From assembly GCA_036272235.1 (NCBI GenBank), contig DATAZF010000327.1, positions 16,862 through 80,861 on the forward strand: a DNA stretch of 64,000 bases, in the 5' to 3' direction. Of this stretch, positions 9,470-18,800 are shown piece after piece. The notes beneath the pieces were generated by a model, which did no database searches, had not been told where the DNA came from, and saw nothing but the letters and a program-made list of their open reading frames with translations. The DNA comes from Bryobacteraceae bacterium (GTDB lineage: Bacteria; Acidobacteriota; Terriglobia; Bryobacterales; Bryobacteraceae). The position numbers and the translations under genes are program-made. The first letter of the stretch is position 1. Every line of letters starts with the position of its first letter.

Positions 9470-10219
9470 CTAAGTCGCGCGAACGTATAGATGACCCTGC
9501 GCGGCTGTCGCGGAATTTGTCTCAGTGATCACGGCGCCGGTTTCCACATGGAGGATGTTCCGATAGCCGAGCGACAGAAGATGCTGTACGATGGCATCCA
9601 CGCGCTGTCGCTTGTCTTCCATGCCGGCCCCGTGCATCTCGAGAAACAAATCCGGACGGTTCGCCAGAGTCTTCGTCGCGCCGCGAAGCACTTCCAGTTC
9701 AAAACCTTCCACGTCAACTTTTATCAGATCAGGCGGCTCCAGCCCTTCTTCGGCGTCGAGGGTGCGGAGCTCGATCGTCTCGTGTTCCGCGCCTGAAGCA
9801 ATTTTCCCGTCGATGCTGGCTGTACCGGGCGCCAGTGGATCGAAGCTCATGTCGGCACGCATGGCCACGGACGACAAGCCCCAGGGCCTGACCGTGACGC
9901 TGGAAAATCCGTTGAGCCGCAGGTTCTCGCTGAGGCGTTGCCGGTTGCGGCTGTTTGGCTCCCATGCCGCCACCCGGCGGGCGTGGCGGGCAAAGTAAAT
10001 CGTCAGCAGACCGTGAAATGCGCCAATGTCGTACACCACTTTACCCTTCAACTCGAGCGCGCGCCAGAATCGGAATTCGGGCGTGTCGTTGGATTCGAAG
10101 GGCAGCCAGCCGAGGCCGCCGCGGCGGCGCAAGCCTTTGTTGAGGCCATTGCGCACCGTATACGTGACATGATCGAACAGATTTTTGCTGATCCACGCGA
10201 CGGCTCTCTGTTTTGTCAT
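9470..10219 (-). CDS. FkbM family methyltransferase
   Basis: The 249-aa ORF has YDIGAFHGLLTIYFA (SAM motif I-like) and DLIKVDVEGFELEVLRGA, the FkbM signature. It converges on the giant gene with only a 4-nt gap. Confidence 0.8.
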   Translation of the reverse strand: MTKQRAVAWISKNLFDHVTYTVRNGLNKGLRRRGGLGWLPFESNDTPEFRFWRALELKGKVVYDIGAFHGLLTIYFARHARRVAAWEPNSRNRQRLSENLRLNGFSSVTVRPWGLSSVAMRADMSFDPLAPGTASIDGKIASGAEHETIELRTLDAEEGLEPPDLIKVDVEGFELEVLRGATKTLANRPDLFLEMHGAGMEDKRQRVDAIVQHLLSLGYRNILHVETGAVITETNSATAAQGHLYVRAT

Positions 10220-10908
10220 GATTGCGCGAGTTTTCTACCCCAGGGTGGCAGTCGCATGCCGCGATTATACCGTCGTGGACATGAGGCCGATTCGCCCGAT
10301 AATCGACATCGATCTGGAACAATTATGTTTCCGAATATGTCCTCGAGCGCCCCGGCGAGTTTGTCCTCCGGCCACCATGACCATTCCGGCAACTGTGTAT
10401 CCAATAGAATCCAATATTCGACCCGACGTTAAGCACGGTCCGGTTCTCTTGAATCCCGGCGCCTGGAGTCCCGGTTTGTTGGTTTCGAAACCTCGGGAAG
10501 CCGGCCGATCAGGCCCGCCCTCCATTGACAAGATTCGGCTGCGCGCAAAACCAATCGCCGCAAAACGGTGACCGCTGCCTCGAATATCGATCTCGCAAAT
10601 CCGCTACCTTCCAAATCAGCGGGTTTCTCTGATTCAAGCGCAACCCAACCTCAAAAACAACGCGGGCCGTGAGAGGACCTCGTGAAAATTGATTGCGCCG
10701 ATCAAACCGGCTACCTATTGAGAAAATGGCATGGTGATTGGCGGCTCGGCGATTTTCATAAGACGGCGCTGAATCGCCCGCGGCTCGGTTCGGGGCATTT
10801 TTGTTCCGGGCGCCAGGAATCCCCGGCAAGAGGTTGCGGTATGAGGAACTCACTAGCCCAGCTAAGTCTGCGGGCGCCCAGGAATCGGCATCTGAAACAA
10901 TACTTCGT

Positions 10909-12762
10909 ATGTGCGGCATTGCCGGCATTGCCTTCACCACTGGATTGTCCACAGCCGAATCGGCCGTGTGCGCTATGCTCCCGTCCCTTCGCCGGCGCGG
11001 ACCAGACGGCGAGGGCATTCATTTATGGCCAAACGCGGGTTTCGGGCATTGTCGTCTCGCCATTATCGACCTTAGCCCCGCGGGAGCTCAGCCGATGCTG
11101 TCAGCCGACGGCGCTGTCGGAGTCGTTTTCAACGGGTGCATTTACAATTTCCAGGAAATCAGGCGCGAGCTCGAAACGCGCGGGCATACCTTTCGATCGC
11201 AATGCGACACTGAGGTACTGATCGAAGGCTACCGGGAGTGGGGCGCCGACGCTTTATTGTCCCGCCTGCGCGGCATGTTCGCCTTTGCAATCTGGGACGA
11301 GCCCCGCCGCACGCTCACTCTCGCGCGGGACAGGCTTGGAGTAAAGCCGCTCGTCTACAGCTTGTCGGACAGTCGCATAGCCTTCGCTTCCACCCTGGAT
11401 GCCCTGCGTGCCGCTGGCTTTACCGGAGAAATCGACCGCCAGTCGGCACTCGAATTTCTGGATCTCGGCTTTGTCACTGAAGAGCGCAGTATCTTTACCG
11501 GTACGCGGAAACTTCCTCCGGCAACACTCATGGAATGGCGCGACGGAAAGATTATCGAGCGCACGTACTGGACCTTGCCTGAGGCTGATGCGGCATCGCC
11601 TGTCCGCTTCGAGGAAGCTGTTGAAGAGACCGAGCGGCTCATTGTCGAGGCCGTCAGGCTGCGCCTCATTTCAGACGTGCCGATCGGCGCGCTTCTAAGC
11701 GGGGGGATCGACTCGACGCTGGTTTGCTGGGCGCTTTCGAAACTGCGGGCGAACGTCCGGGCTTTCACAGTTGGTACGCCTGGCGACAGCGAGGACGAAA
11801 GCCAGCAGGCGCGCGAGATAGCGCGTCAACTCGGCGTTCCGCACGAGGTCGTCAATCTCGGCGAGGATGCGCGTGCGCCGCTCGAAGAGCTTACAGCCGC
11901 ATTCAGCGAACCCTTCGCGAGCACCTCGGCGCTGGGCATGTTGCGTGTCTCCAAGACCGTACGGTCGAAGGCAACTGTGCTGCTTACCGGCGACGGGGGC
12001 GACGACGTCTTTCTGGGCTATCCGTTTTTTCAGAACGCATGGAAAGCGCAACAATTGGCCGGCAAGCTGCCGGCTGTTTCGGCCGCATTGTGGAAACTCG
12101 CGCGTCCGCTCACCAGAAGCATTCCTGCCATGCGACGCTTCTCGAATTTCATCGACTACTCAGTCGGAGGCATCGGCGCCTATGGACGCGTGCGCCTGGG
12201 TTTGCCGTACTTCAACCACCGTTCGCTGCTTGGTGCGCGGCTGCGCGGTCAAGGTGTAGCGTACCGGCAGGTTCCCGATTCATTTGTTTCTTCAAGGCGG
12301 CTGCTCAGGGATGTATCGCAGTTTCATCGTCGAATGCACTTCACCTCCGAGTTCATGACCAAGGTGGATGGCGGCACAATGTTCTATTCCCTGGAGGCTC
12401 GCGCCCCCTTCCTCGACCAGGCTTTATGGGAGTACGCCGCCACTTTACCTCCCGCAATTCATTTTCACGGGGGCATGCTGAAAGCGGTTCTGCGGGAAAT
12501 AGTGCGGCGGGACGTAGGTCCCGATGTCGCCTTTCGCCCGAAGCAGGGTTTCACAATTCCGGTTGAGAAATGGCTTGCGACAAAATGGAGCGGCCATCTG
12601 AAGGAACTGAAAGGTGACGACACACTTCTGGTTCGGGAGGGATGGATAGAGCCAGCGGCACTCACGGCGGCCGTGAATGAAGCGCTCAATCAGCGAGAGC
12701 TGCCGAAGCAACTCTTTCATACACTCGTGTTCGAACATTGGCTTCGCCGAAACAAGGCCTGA
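10909..12762 (+). CDS. asnB: asparagine synthase (glutamine-hydrolysing)-type amidotransferase, EPS-locus associated
   Basis: In-frame MCGIAGI at 10909 (Ntn Cys2 nucleophile). LLSGGIDSTLV is the PP-loop. The ORF-track start at 10801 is rejected because the nucleophile Cys must follow the initiator Met. Confidence 0.9.
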   Translation: MCGIAGIAFTTGLSTAESAVCAMLPSLRRRGPDGEGIHLWPNAGFGHCRLAIIDLSPAGAQPMLSADGAVGVVFNGCIYNFQEIRRELETRGHTFRSQCDTEVLIEGYREWGADALLSRLRGMFAFAIWDEPRRTLTLARDRLGVKPLVYSLSDSRIAFASTLDALRAAGFTGEIDRQSALEFLDLGFVTEERSIFTGTRKLPPATLMEWRDGKIIERTYWTLPEADAASPVRFEEAVEETERLIVEAVRLRLISDVPIGALLSGGIDSTLVCWALSKLRANVRAFTVGTPGDSEDESQQAREIARQLGVPHEVVNLGEDARAPLEELTAAFSEPFASTSALGMLRVSKTVRSKATVLLTGDGGDDVFLGYPFFQNAWKAQQLAGKLPAVSAALWKLARPLTRSIPAMRRFSNFIDYSVGGIGAYGRVRLGLPYFNHRSLLGARLRGQGVAYRQVPDSFVSSRRLLRDVSQFHRRMHFTSEFMTKVDGGTMFYSLEARAPFLDQALWEYAATLPPAIHFHGGMLKAVLREIVRRDVGPDVAFRPKQGFTIPVEKWLATKWSGHLKELKGDDTLLVREGWIEPAALTAAVNEALNQRELPKQLFHTLVFEHWLRRNKA

Positions 12763-12805
12763 TGGCGTGTTCCAGGCTTGTCGATAGATAGAATGAGAGA
12801 TTGTT

Positions 12806-12830
12806 GCTGAAAAGGCTCTTCAGCGGTTTT
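12806..12830 (+). terminator. possible weak intrinsic terminator after asnB-like gene
   Basis: GCTGAA-aaggctc-TTCAGC hairpin followed by GGTTTT. The stem is only 6 bp. Confidence 0.3.
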
Positions 12831-12875
12831 GCAGCACGAGGTTTCCTCTGTTCTTTAATGCCCGTCTCGTTAACG

Positions 12876-12905
12876 ACCGGCCCCGCGACAACCGGCCCCG
12901 CAACA
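12876..12905. repeat. 15-bp tandem direct repeat x2 (ACCGGCCCCGCGACA / ACCGGCCCCGCAACA)
   Basis: Read directly in the 213-bp spacer between the asnB-like gene and the next GT4 gene; one mismatch between units. Confidence 0.8.
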
Positions 12906-12975
12906 AGAAGCTGAATCGGGTCGCTGGGGCATCCGCCCGGCGGCCGCGGACAGAGCAACTGACAGGCCCCTGGGC

Positions 12976-14169
12976 ATGAGTACAGACTCCCTGGGAAGGC
13001 GTTTCAACATACTCCTGGTTTGCGACAGCTATCCGCCTGTTTTAGGTGGTTCCGAGATAGAAGCGCAGCGCGTAAGCCGCGCTCTCATCCTGCGCGGGCA
13101 TCGGGTTCGCGTGCTTTGCGCCGGTGGCCCGCCGATGCCCTCGCAACAGGAATGGGTGGACCCGTTTGGCGTGCCGGTCAGCATTCTGACGCGCCGCTCC
13201 AGTGGGCGCTGGAAAGATGTGATGTTCGCGATTCAAGTGGCTCGGATCATACGGCGGGAGCGGCAGAACTCCAACGTCATCTATTTCCTGATGCAGGGCC
13301 TGCACGTGGCGACGGGGTTTCCGGTTGCTCGCTTGCTTCGCAAGTCGATTGTAATGAAGATCAGCGGCAGTGGAGTCATCCCACTGATGCAACGGTCGCT
13401 GATCGGCCGCCTGGAACTGCGCTGGATTCGTAAATGGGCCGCGCGGCTACTGGTACTCAACAACGGCATGGTCGAAGAGGCCATATCTCACGGATTTTCG
13501 CGTGCACAGCTCACTTTAATGCCGAATCCCGTCGACATTGACGAATTCGAGCCAGGTCCACCAGGCGAAGCCGCGCAGTGGCGTGTTGATCACGGGGTCC
13601 CCGCAAATGCGGTCGTCGTCATCTATGTGGGGCGTCTTTCCGCCGAAAAGGGTCTGTACGAATTGCTCAGGGGTTTCACGCATGCCGCGCGGAGCGCGCC
13701 GGATTTGTTCCTTGTGCTGGTGGGCGATGGCCCATTGCGCGCCGAACTGGAGAGTTACGCAGGGGGACTAACGCCTGGCTCCCAATGTATCAGGTTCGCC
13801 GGAAGGGCGCCCCTGAGTGAAGTTGTTCGCTGGCTGCAAGCCAGCGACATTTTCGCGCTAACTTCGCCGAGTGAAGGCTTTTCCTGCGCATTGTTGGAGG
13901 CCATGGCTGTGGGCGTGGCGCCGGTTGTCAGTAATATTCCAGCGAATCTGCAACTGGTGAATCCGGATGAACAAGGCCTCGTTGTGCCATATGACGACGA
14001 TCGCTGCGTCGGTGAGGCGTTTCTGCGCTTGTCGCGTGATCCAGCACTGCGCCGACGGCTGGGCGAGTCAGCCCGACGCCGAGTCATGGAGAACTTTGCC
14101 ACCAACCGGGTGATAGAGTTATATGAAAAGCTTTTCGAGGATGTCGTTGACCGTAAGGATCTGCAATGA
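12976..14169 (+). CDS. glycosyltransferase family 4
   Basis: N-terminus FNILLVCDSYPPVLGGSEIEAQR. C-terminus SPSEGFSCALLEAMAVGVAPVVSNIP (E-x7-E). Confidence 0.85.
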   Translation: MSTDSLGRRFNILLVCDSYPPVLGGSEIEAQRVSRALILRGHRVRVLCAGGPPMPSQQEWVDPFGVPVSILTRRSSGRWKDVMFAIQVARIIRRERQNSNVIYFLMQGLHVATGFPVARLLRKSIVMKISGSGVIPLMQRSLIGRLELRWIRKWAARLLVLNNGMVEEAISHGFSRAQLTLMPNPVDIDEFEPGPPGEAAQWRVDHGVPANAVVVIYVGRLSAEKGLYELLRGFTHAARSAPDLFLVLVGDGPLRAELESYAGGLTPGSQCIRFAGRAPLSEVVRWLQASDIFALTSPSEGFSCALLEAMAVGVAPVVSNIPANLQLVNPDEQGLVVPYDDDRCVGEAFLRLSRDPALRRRLGESARRRVMENFATNRVIELYEKLFEDVVDRKDLQ

Positions 14170-14243
14170 AAAGCCCTTTCAATTGGCAAGTGATCCGCGT
14201 CGGCCGTCTCGCCGTGTGAACATGCCAGCATTTGAAAAGATAT

Positions 14244-15248
14244 ATGTCGCAAGTTGACTGGCCTGCCTGGCATTGCCCCCAGCATCTGGAAGTTCTGGAC
14301 ATCTCGGCGAAGCGCCTGGACTGCTCCCGAGAGCATCATTTCGATATCGTTCGCGGCGTGCCCCGATTCGTGTCCGGTTCAACCTATGCCGATCATTTCG
14401 GAGCCCAATGGAACAGGTTCCGCCGCACACAACTCGATTCGTATACCCACCTGCCGATCACCCGCGACCGCTTACGCAGATGTTTCGGTGAAGATCTCTG
14501 GAACAGCCTTCCTGGCAAGCATGTTCTTGAATGTGGCTGTGGTGCTGGGCGTTTTACCGAAATCCTGATCGCCCGCGGCGCCAGAGTAACATCCATTGAC
14601 CTCAGCGACGCAGTCGACGCAAACGCCGATCAATTCCCGCCCGGAGAATTTCACAGAATCGCACAAGCGGACATCGGACAACTGCCCTTTGCGCCCCGGT
14701 CTTTCGACGTTGTCCTTTGTTTGGGCGTGATCCAGCATACCCCGGACTCGGAGCGAACCATAGCTCAACTCTACAATCAGCTCGCTCCGGGGGGCAGCCT
14801 GATAATAGATCACTACGTTCTTACCCTCAACTGGTACTTGAAGACGGCGCCGCTCTTTCGTGCCTTCATGATTCATATGAATCCCGCCGCGGCACTAAGA
14901 CTTACGGAGGTACTGGTTCAGAGATTATTGCCGCTGCACAAAATGGTGAGGAATGTTCCAGGTATCCGATCCATCGTCCATCGAATTTCCCCGGTCATGT
15001 CTTATTACTCTGTTTACCCGGAGCTCAGCGATGAGCTGCAGCGTGAATGGGCCCTGCTGGACACCCACGATACCTTGACCGACCGGTTCAAGCATTCGCG
15101 GGACCGCGCGCAAATCAATGGAATCTTAAGGTCGCTCGGCATGGAAGACATTTGGTGTGCGCAAGGTGGTAATGGCGTTGAAGCAAGAGGGCGGCGGGTT
15201 CAAGGCGTCGCGTCTTCGCCCGAGGCCCCAGCCACCTCAATGCGATGA
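14244..15248 (+). CDS. class I SAM-dependent methyltransferase
   Basis: Motif I is VLECGCGAGRFTEILIARGARVTSIDLS. The N-terminus has a short Cys/His-containing segment. TTG at 14232, ATG at 14244. Confidence 0.8.
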   Translation: MSQVDWPAWHCPQHLEVLDISAKRLDCSREHHFDIVRGVPRFVSGSTYADHFGAQWNRFRRTQLDSYTHLPITRDRLRRCFGEDLWNSLPGKHVLECGCGAGRFTEILIARGARVTSIDLSDAVDANADQFPPGEFHRIAQADIGQLPFAPRSFDVVLCLGVIQHTPDSERTIAQLYNQLAPGGSLIIDHYVLTLNWYLKTAPLFRAFMIHMNPAAALRLTEVLVQRLLPLHKMVRNVPGIRSIVHRISPVMSYYSVYPELSDELQREWALLDTHDTLTDRFKHSRDRAQINGILRSLGMEDIWCAQGGNGVEARGRRVQGVASSPEAPATSMR

Positions 15249-15370
15249 GAGATGGATCGCGTCTGCAGTTTGGGGATGGGTCGGCCATGTTCCGGCGCAG
15301 TGAACCCTGAACAAACGGCGGCCATGCTCTTGTTACGCGTTTCCGATAGAGTGCTGACTTGAAGACGCTG

Positions 15371-15934
15371 ATGAAGGGCGTGCTGCGCACGGTTTTTTTG
15401 GCCATTGCCTTTCCTTGTGCTTTGACATCCGGCTTTGGGCGCATTGAAGCGATTTACCGTTTCTGGACGCACTTCAGCGCGATCCTTCCGGGGCTGCCGG
15501 GCGATTATTTTCGCAGCGGCTACTACCGCCTGACGCTTGAGAAATGTGCGCTCGAAAGCCGGATCGAGTTCGGCTCTTTCTTCGCGCATCCGCAAGCGTC
15601 CGTGGGTCGAGGCGTCTATATCGGCTGTTACTGCGTTCTGGGGAGAATCTCCATTGGGGACAGAACCCAGATTGCGACGGGCGTTCAAATCCTGAGCGGC
15701 AGCAGGCAGCATGCCCGCGATAGCGAAGGCCGCATTCTCGGCGCCGAGCTGAGCAGTTTTAAGACGGTGGTGATAGGCTCGGATTGTTGGATCGGCGCTG
15801 CGGCAATCGTAATGGCGGATGTTGGTAACGGGGCCACTATCGGGGCTGGTTCGGTGGTCACCCGGCCGATTCCGCCTGGGGTGGTGGCTGTCGGTAACCC
15901 GGCGCGTATTATCCGCAGTGCCGGGGAGGCGTGA
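15371..15934 (+). CDS. hexapeptide-repeat (LbH) acyl/acetyltransferase
   Basis: VVIGSDCWIGAAAIVMADVGNGATIGAGSVVTRPIPPGVVAVGNPARII are left-handed beta-helix hexapeptide repeats. Alternative TTG start at 15359. Confidence 0.8.
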   Translation: MKGVLRTVFLAIAFPCALTSGFGRIEAIYRFWTHFSAILPGLPGDYFRSGYYRLTLEKCALESRIEFGSFFAHPQASVGRGVYIGCYCVLGRISIGDRTQIATGVQILSGSRQHARDSEGRILGAELSSFKTVVIGSDCWIGAAAIVMADVGNGATIGAGSVVTRPIPPGVVAVGNPARIIRSAGEA

Positions 15935-15984
15935 GCCCCTCTACTGGTGAGCCTGCCCTTCAATTCGCTGCGTGACTTCGAGAC

Positions 15985-17148
15985 ATGACCCCCCTGCGGC
16001 TGCTCGCGATCATCGAAGCATATTCCATAACAGGCCCGGCCAAGAATCTTCTCGAGTTTGCCCGGTGTGCGACAGAGTTGGATGTTTCCACTACCATCGC
16101 GACGTTCACCCGTGGCGAGTTGAACAATCAATTCACAGAGGCCGTTCGCGAGGCCGCAAATAGTCGCACCGGTATTGCGATCGAGACAATCCACGAGCGA
16201 AGCCTTTTCGATCGCGGGGTGCTGCCTTCCCTGCGAGCACTTATCGAGCGGGTTCGCCCGGATGTTATCCAGACCCATGCGGTGAAATCGCATTTCCTTT
16301 CGCGCGTGGCGGGATTGCCCCGGTATTCCCCATGGGTTGCCTTCCATCACGGATATACCTGGCCTACACTTAAAGCCAGAACTTACAACCAACTGGACCG
16401 ATGGTCCCTGCGGTCAGCCGCCAAGGTCATTACCGTCAGCGCTCCGTTTCGCCGTGAGCTCACCCACCATGGCGTCCGCCCTGAAAGCATCGAGATCATC
16501 CACAACGCGATTCCCCCGGACTGGGGAGCGCGCGCCCGCAACGATGAAAACGTGGCGAGACTGCGCGCCGGTGCAGGTATTGCGCCGGGGACAAAAGTAA
16601 TTCTGATCGTCGGGCGCCTGTCGCGCGAGAAGGACCACCTAACGCTGCTCGAAGCCGTCAGCCGTCTGCTTCCCTCGATTGCACCCCACCTTGTGATTGT
16701 CGGCGACGGGCCGGAGAGGGCGAAAATCGAGTCCCGCGTGCATCGGCTTGGGCTTGAGGCGTGCGTTACGCTCGCTGGCCAGCAGTCTTCAGCCGAATCC
16801 TGGTATGGCATTGCCGACGTGGCAGTGCTTTCCTCATTGAGCGAAGGCTCGCCGAACGCGCTGTTGGAGGCCATGGCCACAAGCGTTCCCGTAGTGGCCA
16901 CTGCTGTCGGGGGCGTGCCCGAAATTGTGACGCATGAGGAGAGCGCATTGCTGATCCGTCCTGGCGATCCAATGGCGATGAGCGCGGCATTGATCCGCGT
17001 TTTGGCCGACCCGGAGCTTGCAAAACGTTTGACAACTCGTAGCCGGGAACTGATTCTGGAATGCCATCAGCCCGCGGCGCGAACGCGTAAGCTTGTCTCG
17101 ATTTATCGTGCGCTCGCTGAACTGTCGCCGCGCAGCCAGCCTTCATAA
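15985..17148 (+). CDS. glycosyltransferase family 4
   Basis: LRLLAIIEAYSITGPAKN at the N-terminus and SSLSEGSPNALLEAMATSVPVVATAVGGVPEIV (E-x7-E) at the C-terminus. The 3' end overlaps the convergent GT4 gene by 46 nt. Confidence 0.85.
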   Translation: MTPLRLLAIIEAYSITGPAKNLLEFARCATELDVSTTIATFTRGELNNQFTEAVREAANSRTGIAIETIHERSLFDRGVLPSLRALIERVRPDVIQTHAVKSHFLSRVAGLPRYSPWVAFHHGYTWPTLKARTYNQLDRWSLRSAAKVITVSAPFRRELTHHGVRPESIEIIHNAIPPDWGARARNDENVARLRAGAGIAPGTKVILIVGRLSREKDHLTLLEAVSRLLPSIAPHLVIVGDGPERAKIESRVHRLGLEACVTLAGQQSSAESWYGIADVAVLSSLSEGSPNALLEAMATSVPVVATAVGGVPEIVTHEESALLIRPGDPMAMSAALIRVLADPELAKRLTTRSRELILECHQPAARTRKLVSIYRALAELSPRSQPS

Positions 17149-18329
17149 ACAGCGCACAATTTGGCGCCGATGATGTCCCAGTCATAGCCGCTTTGCACCA
17201 GCCGCAATCCGGCCGCGATCAGTCGGGCGCGCAGTGCGGGGTTTTCCGCCAGGTCGACGAACCGGGAGGCCCACCCCTCCGCATCTTCCGCACCGACCAC
17301 CAATGCATTTTCGCCATCGACGACCTCCAGCCCCTCGGCTCCCAGCGGCGTCGATACGACTGGAACGCCCGCCGCCATGGCCTCCAGAATTTTCAGACGT
17401 GTCCCTCCGCCCGTGAGTAAAGGGACTACGGCCGCGAGCGCATCCCGGTAGAACGGCCGGACATCGGGAACCATTCCCGCCACGGTCACACCCGGTAGCT
17501 TGCCCAGCGCCAGGACCGGAGGCGAGGGATTGGAGCCGACAATCACGAATTCGGCTCCGTTCAATCTGTTTCGAACATGCGGCCAGATCCGGTTTGCGAA
17601 GAAAATGGCGGATTCCTTATTTGCCGGATAGTCCAACGCGCCGACGAAAACGATCTTCCGCCCGCCGGCCGGACCCTGACCGCAGGCAGCAAAGTAACCA
17701 GTATCGACTCCGTTTTCGATTACTTCAATGCGCGCCCGCGGCGCGATTGGCCCAAGCTGCAGGCACTCGCGCGCGCTGCAGACGACGTGACCGAATGCCG
17801 TGCGAAGAATTTCACTCTCGGCGTGCTTCAACCTGGAGGCGGTGAGTCGAGCATAACAGCCACGGGCATGAGAAGTGGTGGTGGAGGCATAGCGGCGCAT
17901 TGCCTCCGATTCGATATTGTGCCAGTTGTAAATCGCTCTGAGCGAAGGCTGGCGCTGCGCGGCTGCCGCCGCATACTGCATCATATGAATGCTGTCCAGG
18001 TGAATGATGTCGAACTTCCGGCCTTGCATTACTCCCGCAACCGCGGCATCCATATCCGCGGAGGCATAGTTCAGAATCGGCAGAGGCAAGCGCCCAAAGA
18101 TACCTCTGGCGGTCTTGGATAACCCATAAGCCGGAGGCTTCGGGACGGCGATCACCTCGCGGCAGAACGGAAGTTCGTTGACTGTCAAGGGCGTAGCTCC
18201 CGGATCGGCAAAATACAAGAAGGTAACTTCGGCCCTGGCGCCGAGGGCGCGCAGAAAGTGGGATTCGCGGAGTCTGGCTCCGCTGCGCGCCGGGAACGAT
18301 TGTCGTGGCGAGAGAAATAAGATTCGCAT
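17103..18329 (-). CDS. glycosyltransferase family 4
   Basis: MRILFLSPRQSFPARSGARLR at the N-terminus. C-terminal GGGTRLKILEAMAAGVPVVSTPLGAEGL is a GT-B donor site. Confidence 0.85.
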   Translation of the reverse strand: MRILFLSPRQSFPARSGARLRESHFLRALGARAEVTFLYFADPGATPLTVNELPFCREVIAVPKPPAYGLSKTARGIFGRLPLPILNYASADMDAAVAGVMQGRKFDIIHLDSIHMMQYAAAAAQRQPSLRAIYNWHNIESEAMRRYASTTTSHARGCYARLTASRLKHAESEILRTAFGHVVCSARECLQLGPIAPRARIEVIENGVDTGYFAACGQGPAGGRKIVFVGALDYPANKESAIFFANRIWPHVRNRLNGAEFVIVGSNPSPPVLALGKLPGVTVAGMVPDVRPFYRDALAAVVPLLTGGGTRLKILEAMAAGVPVVSTPLGAEGLEVVDGENALVVGAEDAEGWASRFVDLAENPALRARLIAAGLRLVQSGYDWDIIGAKLCAVYEGWLRGDSSASAR

Positions 18330-18415
18330 GTGCGCCTGAAAGATGGCGTCAATTTAAGCATAATGCAGTGTGAATTCAGTGCCAGGCCTGACGGATGTTA
18401 CACTAATGTAGAAAT

Positions 18416-18712
18416 ATGTCAGGCCAGCAGGATCAACAGGTTACGATACGTCTCCTGCCTGACGGAGCAAATCATCCTGCGGTCCTCGACAAGCTCAACG
18501 GCCAGCTTCTGTGGCTGGGTTTGTCTTCGCCCGCTGGCCCGGAGACTCCGGGGCCCGGCGACCTCGTGGAAGTGACGTGCCCGACAACTCTTTACCTCGG
18601 GACGGTCCGCACCCACCAGGGAGCGACCATGATGATTGCCGTGGAACATGCTCTCGACCGTGAGACGCTTGCCGTCATTCAGGAGGTCTGGAAGGGCCCT
18701 GCGGGCCGATAG
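18416..18712 (+). CDS. hypothetical small protein (98 aa)
   Basis: ATG ORF in the 470-bp divergent spacer upstream of the WecA-like gene. Codon usage looks GC3-rich like its neighbours, but there is no recognisable motif. Confidence 0.4.
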   Translation: MSGQQDQQVTIRLLPDGANHPAVLDKLNGQLLWLGLSSPAGPETPGPGDLVEVTCPTTLYLGTVRTHQGATMMIAVEHALDRETLAVIQEVWKGPAGR

Positions 18713-18800
18713 CACCAACTGCCCCGTTGGTTGACTTTAACCCTATCGAACAGGACAATCGCTTGTACTCGGCTTTGTCTGCCGTGGCTCTGTCTTCTCA

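Noticed and set aside
10246-10259. Sigma-54-like element TGGCAGTCGCATGC in the long spacer (and a similar TGGATGCAAACCGC at 61567-61580 upstream of glnA)
   Set aside because: The GG-to-GC spacing is one nucleotide shorter than the canonical TGGCAC-N5-TTGC geometry in both cases, so I do not call them promoters.
10185-11022. ORFs 10185-10571 (+), 10265-10531 (-), 10509-11018 (-) and 10756-11022 (-) inside the long asnB upstream spacer
   Set aside because: The translations are Arg/Pro/Ser-rich with no motif, no RBS and mutually overlapping frames. I treat the region as non-coding (see the finding).
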